Source: Candidatus Magasanikiibacteriota bacterium (lineage in GTDB: Bacteria > Patescibacteriota > Patescibacteriia > Magasanikbacterales > GWA2-37-8). Taken from it: 64,000 nt of DNA. Within the stretch, counting starts at the first letter, position 1. The number at the start of each line of letters is the position of its first letter. The position numbers and the translations under genes were made by a program. The notes under the pieces were generated by a model. That model was not told where the DNA came from and made no database searches. It saw only the letters and a program-made list of their open reading frames with translations. Shown piece by piece: positions 53,635 to 62,178 of the stretch. The stretch covers positions 951 to 64,950 of the forward strand of contig DAIOHD010000001.1 of assembly GCA_036744835.1 (NCBI GenBank), written 5' to 3'.

Positions 53635-54800
53635 TTCCATTTGTTGAGTAATTCTGTAAATTTATCTTCATTTATCGCTTTCCGTGTTTCTTTCATCAAA
53701 TTCAGCATGAAGTAAAGATTGTGAATGGTTGCCAAGCGCATACCTGTCATTTCATCAGCAGAGAATAGGTGGTGTAAATATGAGCGGGTATAATTTTTAC
53801 AAACCGGACAAGTACAATTCGGATCAATCGGGGAGAGGTCGTTAATAAAAATTGAATTTTTTATATTCAAACGATGTTTATTAATTTGTGGGATTGCTTC
53901 GTTACTCTCGCAATGACAAAAAAGCATACCGTGACGGGCGAGACGAGTTGGAGCGACACAATCAAACATATCTGCGCCATGCTCCACAGCAATCAATAAA
54001 TCAAGAGGCGAAAGTCCGAGTCCCATGGTATAGCGTGGTTTGTTTTTCGGAATAATAGGAGTGACCCAATCCAAAATATTTTTAGTGGCTTCCATATTAT
54101 AGCCGATACTTTCTCCGCCAATGGCAATACCATCAAAAGGAAGGGAGGAAATATATTGTGCGGATTTTTTGCGAAGTTCTTCGTCACCGGCGCCTTGGAT
54201 AATGCCAAATAAAAATTGTTTGTAACCGTGATAGGCAGTATTTTTTTGATGTTCCTTGATACAGCGATCAGCCCAGCGGTGGGTGCGCTCCATAGCTTCT
54301 TCTATATATTCGCACGGTGCGGTATCCGGAGTGCATTCATCAAATGCCATGATAATGTCGGCGCCAAGTTTGTGTTGAATCTCAATCGCAGATTCGGGAG
54401 TAAATCGGTGTGAACTTCCATCAATATGACTTTGAAAAGTAACACCTTCTTCATCAATATTTACCAAACCGCCTTGCCCTTTCATCTTTTTTTGTAAGCC
54501 CAGAGAAAAAACTTGGAATCCGCCGGAATCAGTCAAAATCGGTCGGTTCCAATTCATAAATTTGTGTAACCCTCCTTGGCCAGCGATAAGATCTTCGCCT
54601 GGGCGTAAATGTAAATGATAGGTGTTGCCAAGAATTATCTGCGCGTCAATATCAAGTAAATCCTGTTGATCTAGGGTTTTGACAGTGGCTTGGGTGCCCA
54701 CAGGCATAAAAGCGGGGGTTTCAATGTCCCCGTGGTCAGTATGGATAATACCGGTGCGGGCTTTGTTTTGATTGTCTTGGTGAATGGTTTCAAAAAACAT
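53625..54800 (-). CDS. tgt: Queuine tRNA-ribosyltransferase
   Basis: 391 aa. FMPVGTQATVK, catalytic Asp regions, and a CxCxxC...H zinc site. Confidence 0.93.
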   Translation of the reverse strand: MFFETIHQDNQNKARTGIIHTDHGDIETPAFMPVGTQATVKTLDQQDLLDIDAQIILGNTYHLHLRPGEDLIAGQGGLHKFMNWNRPILTDSGGFQVFSLGLQKKMKGQGGLVNIDEEGVTFQSHIDGSSHRFTPESAIEIQHKLGADIIMAFDECTPDTAPCEYIEEAMERTHRWADRCIKEHQKNTAYHGYKQFLFGIIQGAGDEELRKKSAQYISSLPFDGIAIGGESIGYNMEATKNILDWVTPIIPKNKPRYTMGLGLSPLDLLIAVEHGADMFDCVAPTRLARHGMLFCHCESNEAIPQINKHRLNIKNSIFINDLSPIDPNCTCPVCKNYTRSYLHHLFSADEMTGMRLATIHNLYFMLNLMKETRKAINEDKFTELLNKWKTA

Positions 54801-54897
54801 AAAATAAATTGGTATATTGGTATTTTTTTATATCATATCTTGCAGAAAAAATCAATGATATGGTATGATAGTCAAGCTAAAAATAATAATAAAAAAT

Positions 54898-55476
54898 ATG
54901 TCAGAAAGAGAAAAATTTAACCCGGAAAAAGAAGGTTTAAAATGGCTAAAAGTCTCTGAAAAAGGTTCGGTAGACGGTTTCGTAGATGTTAATGATCCCC
55001 ATAACGAAGATTTTCAATCTAAAGTAAAAGATGATTATATTTTGGTTAAAACTAATCAAGGCAGAGAAGGTCGTTTAGAAAATATAGATTTTCAAAACGG
55101 AGAAAAGGTGGAAGAAATAGCCTATACTAAAAAATGGCAAGAATATAAAGAAGGAGTTCGCAAAAGAGTACTAGAAAGAACTTCTATTTATACGGAAAAA
55201 TTGATAAAAGAAATTAATAACCAGGAGAAAACAAAGGAGCCGACTCTTAAACAGGTATTGGAAAAATTGATAAAGGAAAAAACTGGCCAGAAAGTTAGCG
55301 TTAACTTGAAAACAGGGAAAATAAAAGGAGAATATTTGTGTGAAATAAGCGATCTTTGGTTTAAGAGTAAGGGTGCGCCGGAAAAAATAATTATGGATTT
55401 AGAAGTATTATTGTTAAATGTAGATAAAATAAATAAAGAAAATGCGGTAGACCTAAAAGAACCGGCACAAAGTTAA
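54898..55476 (+). CDS. Hypothetical protein (193 aa), co-oriented with the helicase and 4 nt upstream of it
   Basis: ORF with MSEREKF as the probable start, Lys/Glu-rich. Confidence 0.35.
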   Translation: MSEREKFNPEKEGLKWLKVSEKGSVDGFVDVNDPHNEDFQSKVKDDYILVKTNQGREGRLENIDFQNGEKVEEIAYTKKWQEYKEGVRKRVLERTSIYTEKLIKEINNQEKTKEPTLKQVLEKLIKEKTGQKVSVNLKTGKIKGEYLCEISDLWFKSKGAPEKIIMDLEVLLLNVDKINKENAVDLKEPAQS

Positions 55477-55479
55477 GTT

Positions 55480-57519
55480 ATGATTGATTTTTCCAAAGAA
55501 CTCAACCAAGAACAATTGGCCGTGATCTATATGGGTGACGGTCCTTGTTTAGTTTTAGCCGGAGCTGGTTCAGGTAAAACAAGAACCGTTACTTACAGGG
55601 TAGCTTATTTGTTAGAACAGGGGATAAAACCGGAGAATATTTTACTTGTGACTTTTACCAACAAAGCAGCGAAAGAAATGATAGAGCGGGTAGGGCAATT
55701 AACTAGTGAAAAAACTAGGCTTCCCTGGGCGGGAACGTTTCATAGTATTGCTTATAAAATTTTAAAACGCTATGCGAACGCTATCGGATATACAGAAAAA
55801 TTTACCGTGCTTGATAGTGAGGATAGTCGCAGTTTGATAAAACTTTGCGCCAAAGATATTTTTAATTCCGGCACGGACAAAAAAAATCCTTCTGCCAATG
55901 TGTTGCAAGGAATAATTTCTTTTGCCAAAAATGCCGACACAACAATTGAGGAAGTTTTGGATTTGAAATATCCGCAATGGTTTGCTGTGGCCGATCAGAT
56001 AAAAAATGTATGGAGCGAGTATGAAAAACGCAAGAAACAAGCCAATTGTATGGATTTTGACGATTTGTTGACCAATTGGTTACTGCTTTTGCAAAATGAG
56101 GAAATAAAAAATAAATTTGCCACGCAATTTCAATATATCATGGTGGATGAATATCAGGATACCAATAAAATTCAAGCGGAAATTATAAAAAAATTGGCCA
56201 GTGTGCATAAAAATATTTTGGTTGTCGGGGACGATGCGCAAAGTATTTATTCTTTTCGCGCGGCCAATATAGAAAATATTTTGAATTTTGAAAAACAATA
56301 TCCTGATGCCAAGATTTTTAAATTGGAAACCAATTATCGCAGTACTAAAGAAATTTTGGAAATCGCCAATGATATTATTTCTTACAACACTAAACAATAC
56401 AAAAAAAGTTTAAAACCGATAAAAGACGGGGGAGAGAAACCGCAATTGCGCCCGCAGATGGACCAAAGTATGGAAGCGAGTTTTGTATTGGAAAAAATAA
56501 TTGAGTCTTTGGAAAAAGGTGTAGCACCGAGTGAAATTGCTGTACTTTTTCGCGCCAGTGCGCACAGTCAAATGCTTGAAATGGAATTGACCAAAGCCGG
56601 AATTCCCTATGATTATCGCGGGGGAATGAGATTTTTTGAACGCGCACACATCAAAGATGTACTAAGTTATCTACGCATAGCGAGTAATTTGAAAGACTTG
56701 GCGGCTTGGACAAGAGTTTTGTTACACGAAGAAGGAATCGGTCCCTCAGCAGTGGAAAAAATTATGGAATTTGTGAATGGTTTGCAAAACATTGAAGAAC
56801 TGCCGGAAGTCAAAAATATTTTGGGCGGTAAAGCGCAAATGGGATTTGAAAACTTTTTGAAAATTTGGGATGAAATGTTAACTAGCGATAGAACTCCAGC
56901 CAATATGATAAATAAAATCTTAGATTCGGCTTATAAAGATTATCTGGAAAATGAATATTTGGATTACAAAGACAGGAAAGCCGACATCAAACAACTTATG
57001 ACGTTTGCGGAAAAATACGATAAGTTGGAAGAATTTTTGGCGGAAGCGGCGTTACAAGAAGGATTTACAGCTAAAAACATTGAAGATAAACAAGAAGAAC
57101 AAAAAGATAAAATTATTTTGTCTACTGTGCATCAAGCCAAAGGATTGGAATGGGAAAATGTTTTTATTATCAATTTAAGTAGCGGTGCATTTCCAAGCGA
57201 TAGGTCGCTTAGCGAAACGCAAGGATTGGAAGAAGAAAGACGTTTGTTTTATGTGGCCATAACTCGCGCTAAGAAGAATTTATTTTTGACTTATCCAATG
57301 GTTGGTGGGGGATGGGGTGATAGTTTGAGCGGACCGAGTATGTTTTTAAGTGAAATTGATAGTGAATTATTAGATGATAGATCGTTGATTTCAGATAGCG
57401 CCACCAAATTTAACGACCCAATAAGCGGAATAGTTTATGAAGCCGAGGAAAGCGCTTATATAGATAAACCGGCTAAAATAAGACCGGGAAGTTTTTTGCG
57501 AGATTTAGATGACTTATAA
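55480..57519 (+). CDS. uvrD: UvrD/PcrA/Rep-type ATP-dependent DNA helicase (SF1)
   Basis: 679 aa. Walker A AGAGSGKT, DEYQDTN (motif II), and later SF1 motifs. Confidence 0.9.
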   Translation: MIDFSKELNQEQLAVIYMGDGPCLVLAGAGSGKTRTVTYRVAYLLEQGIKPENILLVTFTNKAAKEMIERVGQLTSEKTRLPWAGTFHSIAYKILKRYANAIGYTEKFTVLDSEDSRSLIKLCAKDIFNSGTDKKNPSANVLQGIISFAKNADTTIEEVLDLKYPQWFAVADQIKNVWSEYEKRKKQANCMDFDDLLTNWLLLLQNEEIKNKFATQFQYIMVDEYQDTNKIQAEIIKKLASVHKNILVVGDDAQSIYSFRAANIENILNFEKQYPDAKIFKLETNYRSTKEILEIANDIISYNTKQYKKSLKPIKDGGEKPQLRPQMDQSMEASFVLEKIIESLEKGVAPSEIAVLFRASAHSQMLEMELTKAGIPYDYRGGMRFFERAHIKDVLSYLRIASNLKDLAAWTRVLLHEEGIGPSAVEKIMEFVNGLQNIEELPEVKNILGGKAQMGFENFLKIWDEMLTSDRTPANMINKILDSAYKDYLENEYLDYKDRKADIKQLMTFAEKYDKLEEFLAEAALQEGFTAKNIEDKQEEQKDKIILSTVHQAKGLEWENVFIINLSSGAFPSDRSLSETQGLEEERRLFYVAITRAKKNLFLTYPMVGGGWGDSLSGPSMFLSEIDSELLDDRSLISDSATKFNDPISGIVYEAEESAYIDKPAKIRPGSFLRDLDDL

Positions 57520-57599
57520 AAGTTTAATTAAAGAATTCTTGAAAAAAAGAAGGTTTTGTGTTAAATTGACAATATAACAATAAAATTAAATTTTACAAT

Positions 57600-57917
57600 A
57601 TGAATCCTATAGAATCTTATGGCGTAGATAATCCTGATTTTGTTCAGTCACGGATGAAAGAAAAAGCAAAAGTAGAAGAGAGGGTAATCAAAGGTAAAGA
57701 ACAGATAGTTAATAATTTGAAAGACTATCAAAAGCGTTATCACGCTCTTTATTTAATGATGTTTGATTGGTTAAAAAATTATGTCAAAACAGGAGAAGAT
57801 GATTTTGGCGGTGATAATTATAAAGAAGATTTAGAAAAAATTGGAGAAGTGGACGGACATAAAATAAAATTGACTGAAGAATTGGCCAATAAAATTTTGG
57901 AAGATTTAAAAAAATAA
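57600..57917 (+). CDS. Hypothetical protein
   Basis: 105-aa ORF followed by a strong terminator. Confidence 0.3.
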   Translation: MNPIESYGVDNPDFVQSRMKEKAKVEERVIKGKEQIVNNLKDYQKRYHALYLMMFDWLKNYVKTGEDDFGGDNYKEDLEKIGEVDGHKIKLTEELANKILEDLKK

Positions 57918-57928
57918 TTTATTAAAAA

Positions 57929-57967
57929 TAACCCCGCCCTTATATAAGGGCGGGGTTATTTTTTTTA
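57929..57967. terminator. Bidirectional intrinsic terminator (aaccccgccctta-tata-taagggcggggtt plus T9)
   Basis: Long GC-rich stem between convergent genes. Confidence 0.55.
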
Positions 57968-57972
57968 ATATT

Positions 57973-59175
57973 TTATAAATTTATTTCTACTTGATTGCTG
58001 TATACTCCGCATTTACCGCCCAAGTATTCGCAAACGCGCACATAATATTTTCCTTCACCGTCAAAATTATTTACAGTATCTGTAGTTTTATTGGTTTCGG
58101 AATAATAATGATATTGATCACCATCGCGAGTCGGATAAGTAGGGGATGGATTTTGCGACCAAACAACCTTGAAACCATTTTTGGAGTAGCCGTTCACTTT
58201 CCAACTGATTCTTCCTTCACCCAAAGAAGTTAATGTGATTGAAGTTACAGCTTGAGATGTTTCTTTTTCTACTGTTTTTTCTGTATCCCCAAGCAACGTA
58301 ATTATAACTTGATTACTATAAATACCACATTTACCACCCAAATACTCGCAAACCCTGACATAATATTTTCCTTCTCCGGCAAAAGCCGTTACATAACCGG
58401 TCAATGTTTCAGGGTTGGAATAAAAAGCGTATTTATCTCCATCACGGAGAGGATAAGTAGGATTAGAATTTTTTGACCAGACCAGTTTGTAACCTTGTGA
58501 AAATGTTCCGACTTTTTTCCAGGAAAATTTTCCATTACCTAAATATGTCAAAGTCAATGATTTAGTCGGAACAACTTCTTTCACTACCGACTCTTTTACA
58601 ATTGGTTCGGTTTTAATTTCCTCAGTTTTAATTGGTTCATTTTTTTCTTCGTCTTTAATTTCTTCGGACTTTTTTTCTTCTTCTTTAGTAGCAACAAATT
58701 CTTCCATTTCTTCATCCAAAACAACAGAATAGCGCGAAGAAATCCAACCTAGAACTTTTTCGTTATTTTTGATTTTATACCAAGAACCCATCATGTCCAC
58801 TATTTCGTAAGTTTCATTTTTTTGTGCGGTAAATAAAATTTTACTAAAACGCAACGGCCACTTTCGAACAAAAAGTTTATCAGCGGTTATTTGCACAGTC
58901 GGTGTTTTGATTTCCGGACCGGTTTGGTAGTTTGCCACATCTTCTTCTTTAACAGTTTTTATTTCATACCAAGAATATCCATAAGTTTTATAAGTATCGG
59001 AATTGGTAAAAGGTCTTTTAATACCTTCTTCCAACAAGTAAATTACTTTTTGACCTTTGATTTTTATCAAAGTTCCATCTTCAAAACTTTTTTCTTCCAT
59101 AGCCATAGTTTTACTCGAGAGTAAAACTAGTCCAAAAAACATTACCACCGATAAAATTAAAAATTTTTTGTACAT
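57973..59175 (-). CDS. Secreted protein with an SH3b-like segment and two tandem roughly 95-aa repeat domains
   Basis: Signal peptide. Repeat 1 LTLTYLGNGKFSWKKVG...GEGKYYVRVCEYLGGKCGIYSNQV and repeat 2 ITLTSLGEGRISWKVNG...GEGKYYVRVCEYLGGKCGVYSNQV. Confidence 0.4.
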   Translation of the reverse strand: MYKKFLILSVVMFFGLVLLSSKTMAMEEKSFEDGTLIKIKGQKVIYLLEEGIKRPFTNSDTYKTYGYSWYEIKTVKEEDVANYQTGPEIKTPTVQITADKLFVRKWPLRFSKILFTAQKNETYEIVDMMGSWYKIKNNEKVLGWISSRYSVVLDEEMEEFVATKEEEKKSEEIKDEEKNEPIKTEEIKTEPIVKESVVKEVVPTKSLTLTYLGNGKFSWKKVGTFSQGYKLVWSKNSNPTYPLRDGDKYAFYSNPETLTGYVTAFAGEGKYYVRVCEYLGGKCGIYSNQVIITLLGDTEKTVEKETSQAVTSITLTSLGEGRISWKVNGYSKNGFKVVWSQNPSPTYPTRDGDQYHYYSETNKTTDTVNNFDGEGKYYVRVCEYLGGKCGVYSNQVEINL

Positions 59176-59332
59176 ATAATATATAAAATTAATAATTAGT
59201 TTACAATTTTATTGTAGCAGTATTGAATCAGTTAGTAAAGAAAAAATAAAAACATCCCGATTTTATCGGAATGTTTTTAGTGTGAGGAAAAGACTATTTT
59301 TTTTTGCCTTTTTTAGCAACTTTCTTTTTAGC

Positions 59333-59413
59333 TACTTTTTTTACAGCTTTTTTAGCAACTTTTTTCACAACTTTTTTAGCTTTTTTCACAACTTTTTTAG
59401 CTTTCTTTTTCAT
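59333..59413 (-). CDS. Putative 26-aa Lys/Ala/Val-rich small ORF (MKKKAKKVVKKAKKVVKKVAKKAVKK)
   Basis: Minus-strand ATG preceded by aaagggggtgcgcaaact (a strong SD). Repeats of KKAKKVV. Homopolymeric A runs mean a 1-nt shift would extend it to about 39 aa. Confidence 0.25.
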
Positions 59414-59773
59414 AGTTTGCGCACCCCCTTTCTTTTTTGGGATAAATGAAATAATTTTTTTCATCTTGCGATCGCAAGAAAAAATTTATAAACTTTTTAT
59501 AGACAAGCATGTCATAAAAAATTCGACCTATCTTTATTATAAATGCTTTTGCAAAATAATGAAATAGATTTTGCAAAGTTATACACAGGGCGACTCGTCA
59601 ATGATGGGCCAACCTGTAATTGCAAGATTACAAAAATTACAAAGATTGAAAGATTAAAAAAATTTATTTTGTTAAGTAGTGTCTTGAAATAATTTTTATC
59701 TCAAAATAAAAATTATTAAATATAATAAAAAAACAATCACGGGTGTGATTGTTTAAAAAGAATGAGAAGTTTT

Positions 59774-59968
59774 TTAGAAGAGACCTTTTTTAAAGACGGC
59801 GGCAGGGGCTGTTCCGTTTGCTGCCGGTCTTTCAACGGTCTCTACAAAAAGAGTCTTGATAATCTTTCCATTTCTAGAGATAGTAACGCGTCCGGGTTTA
59901 CCGATTGCAACCATCTCGTCTTCGGTTTCGATGATAATACCGTCGGCAAGTTCGTACTTTTCCATCAT
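59774..59968 (-). CDS. Hypothetical small protein (64 aa) in a GC-elevated patch
   Basis: ORF followed by the terminator acaatcac-gggt-gtgattgt plus T7 at 59736-59756. Confidence 0.3.
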   Translation of the reverse strand: MMEKYELADGIIIETEDEMVAIGKPGRVTISRNGKIIKTLFVETVERPAANGTAPAAVFKKGLF

Positions 59969-60115
59969 AGCCTCTCAAAAAAATGATAAAGAACACAGAT
60001 ACCGTAGCACATTTTGTTTTTTATTTCAAGGGTCGCGCTTAGCGCGACTTTACCGATGCTTAGTGTCGGGTAGGTTGATATTTCTTCGTAAATATGCTAC
60101 AATTTTGGAAATATT

Positions 60116-60187
60116 GCCCCTATAGTTTAATGGATAAAATATCAGGCTTCGAACCTGAGGATGGGAGTTCGATTCTCTCTGGGGGCA
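60116..60187 (+). tRNA. tRNA-Arg (anticodon UCG)
   Basis: 72 nt. Acceptor gccccta/tgggggc (7 bp, one G-U), anticodon stem tcagg/cctga with loop cTTCGaa, T-arm gggag-TTCGATT-ctctc, discriminator A, no encoded CCA. Confidence 0.75.
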
Positions 60188-60335
60188 CAAAAAATACTCG
60201 ATTTAATATCGAATATTTTTTTAAGAGAGAATCGAACTGGGAAAGGGAGAAAACGGGAGTTTTCTCTTGCTGAGGAAAGGTATTGGAAAACCAGAAGGTT
60301 TTTCAAAGAGGAGGACGAAGGACGACGATGCGAGT

Positions 60336-60351
60336 CTTCTCTCTGGGGGCA
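60336..60351 (+). repeat. Direct duplication of the tRNA 3' end (ttctctctgggggcac) about 150 bp downstream; an inverted T-arm fragment agagagaatcgaact lies at about 60222-60238
   Basis: 16-nt exact match to tRNA positions 60172-60187, plus a 15-nt match to the reverse complement of the T-arm. Confidence 0.5.
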
Positions 60352-60416
60352 CGATACTAAGTATTCCAAAAAATAAAAACAGGCTTGAGGCCTGCTTTTA
60401 TTTTTTATTGTTAAAT

Positions 60417-61247
60417 TTATTTTCTCTTTCCAAAAATTCTTTTCTTTTTTTCCGGATAAGTGAAGCCTTTATAAAAACTATAAATTGTTATCAGTGCGGA
60501 AAGTATGAGTAACAGTAAGAGTAAGAAACTGGGACCAGTAGATAGTCCACCGATTTTCAAATAAATTACTGGTAGTTTTTCAACTGAGCAAGCGGTAGAG
60601 GTTATAATATATTGTGTGGTTGTAACATAAATAATTGTCGTAGTCGGTGTAGTAGTTGGAGTAATAACTTCCGGAGTAGTGGTAGGTTTTATTTCCGGCT
60701 TAACTTCTGGTTTAGGTTCAACTTTGGGTCTTTCAATAATATTTACTGTAGCACTACCACGACCGGTTAAAATATTTGTACCAACACCGTCATTGGCCAA
60801 AACTTGAGCCCCGCCAACGGTAATCGTTGCTTTGCCTAAAGTCTTGGCTGAAAAATTTATTGTTACCAATCGGCCACTTTTTCCGGTATATCCGGGATTC
60901 AAAACTATTCCGGAGAAACCGGCACTACCATTTACGTTAGAAAAAGTAGGACTTTCTACCATTAGGGAAAAAATAGAATTTTTAGTAGAAACGGAAATCA
61001 CAGAAAGTTTGTCGGTTGGAAAGCTGACTGTTGCTTGAGCGGCATTCATGGCTTGGTCGGAACTATTAACAAAAAGGGAAATCTGAAAAGTATCTCCTTT
61101 GTAATATGACCCTGAACCCGGAGAGAAATATAAAGATGCCGCATTAGAAAAAGCAGCAAATAAAAAAGAAGCAAAAAAAGTAAAAACAAAAACTGAAACT
61201 TTAACGAGATTTATTTTTTTTTCGATAATGGACATAAACCCTCCCAA
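60417..61247 (-). CDS. Secreted, C-terminally anchored surface protein with a cohesin-like beta-sandwich domain and a Thr/Pro-rich stalk
   Basis: 276 aa: signal peptide, a roughly 140-aa beta-rich domain paralogous to the upstream gene, a TTTP stalk, then a C-terminal hydrophobic segment with a KKKRIFGKRK tail. Confidence 0.4.
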   Translation of the reverse strand: MGGFMSIIEKKINLVKVSVFVFTFFASFLFAAFSNAASLYFSPGSGSYYKGDTFQISLFVNSSDQAMNAAQATVSFPTDKLSVISVSTKNSIFSLMVESPTFSNVNGSAGFSGIVLNPGYTGKSGRLVTINFSAKTLGKATITVGGAQVLANDGVGTNILTGRGSATVNIIERPKVEPKPEVKPEIKPTTTPEVITPTTTPTTTIIYVTTTQYIITSTACSVEKLPVIYLKIGGLSTGPSFLLLLLLILSALITIYSFYKGFTYPEKKKRIFGKRK

Positions 61248-62178
61248 ATAGATAAAGAAGTAATAGTGCTATTATTATTATAACCCAAAAATTAAAATCC
61301 GTATACCAATGAGAACTTTTTGCCAATAAAACAGAAGCAACATAAAAATTTCCGGCACGATCTATCGCTTTGACATAAATATTACTTTTGAGTTTCTGAT
61401 CTTTGAGAAAATAAGGGCTTTGTGCTGGTTGCCATCGTCCAATTTTGATTTCAAAACCAAATAAATTTAAAATTCTTTCTTCCAGAACTTCGTACTTTGC
61501 TAAACCGGAATCCTTGTCTAAAGTATCAAAAATTAAAACTTTTTTTCCAAGAGCCATACCATCGTCTTCATAAATGAGGGGTTCAAAAATTTCCGGAGGA
61601 GTTTGATCTAAGACACTGTAAACATTTTCTAAATCTTTTCCTTGTAGGCCCGGTTGAATATTTAAGAATAAAGTTTTGAAATTATTTTTAACCGCTGTGC
61701 CTAAACCGTTATTTTTTAGTGTTTTTGATTTTTCAAAAATTATTTCCGCTTTTCCTGTTTTAAGAGTTTTGAAAATCACGGATAATATTGGTGCGGACGT
61801 CTCATTAAAACCACCGGGAGTAATACCGGAAAGAAAAATTTTTCCATTTTCAGTATTGTTTGGTTTTTCTATCCAGTAATTTAACACTGAATTGCCATAA
61901 GTCATGTCAGCTACGCTTAAAATATCTGGAGGATAAAGGATATAAGTTTCCAAAGCGTTTATTTCTATCTGTTCTGTGTTAAGAAAAAAATCAACTTGAA
62001 CAAATTCTCCAACTTCTAAACTATAATTTGAAGCGGTCGCAAAAAACTCCGCGGCAAAAGCAGGTTTGGTAAAAAATAAACAGAATATAAAAATTAAAAT
62101 TTTTGGAAATATTTTTTTCATTTTTGAATCTTTAAATCTTTCAATTTTGTAATTTTTTAAATATTTTAACCCGTCCAA
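61201..62178 (-). CDS. Secreted, C-terminally anchored surface protein with a cohesin-like domain (paralog of 60417-61247)
   Basis: 325 aa. Shares the pattern L.F.P...Y..G..F.I.L.VN...Q...A..V.FP.D.LSV...ES...NG..FSGI...GKA.I with the downstream gene. C-terminal TM plus a basic tail. Confidence 0.4.
   Translation of the reverse strand: MDGLKYLKNYKIERFKDSKMKKIFPKILIFIFCLFFTKPAFAAEFFATASNYSLEVGEFVQVDFFLNTEQIEINALETYILYPPDILSVADMTYGNSVLNYWIEKPNNTENGKIFLSGITPGGFNETSAPILSVIFKTLKTGKAEIIFEKSKTLKNNGLGTAVKNNFKTLFLNIQPGLQGKDLENVYSVLDQTPPEIFEPLIYEDDGMALGKKVLIFDTLDKDSGLAKYEVLEERILNLFGFEIKIGRWQPAQSPYFLKDQKLKSNIYVKAIDRAGNFYVASVLLAKSSHWYTDFNFWVIIIIALLLLYLFGRVYVHYRKKNKSR

Noticed and set aside
59304-59567. 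87-aa plus-strand ORF rich in Phe/Leu/Thr (MPFLATFFLATFF...)
   Set aside because: Composed of T-runs that are the complement of a Lys-codon-rich minus-strand stretch. It has no start context, whereas the minus strand has a strong SD plus ATG. Treated as a mirror artefact.
60240-60355. Possible second tRNA or long-variable-arm tRNA ending in ...tctctctgggggca
   Set aside because: Only the 3' 16 nt match the real tRNA. There is no T-loop consensus (TTCRANY), no D-arm, and no acceptor pairing, so it is interpreted as a duplicated fragment.
60142-60376. Two ORFs (60142-60369 minus, 60161-60376 plus) overlapping the tRNA and its downstream repeats
   Set aside because: They overlap a well-formed tRNA-Arg and hairpin/repeat DNA, and have no start context or recognisable protein features.
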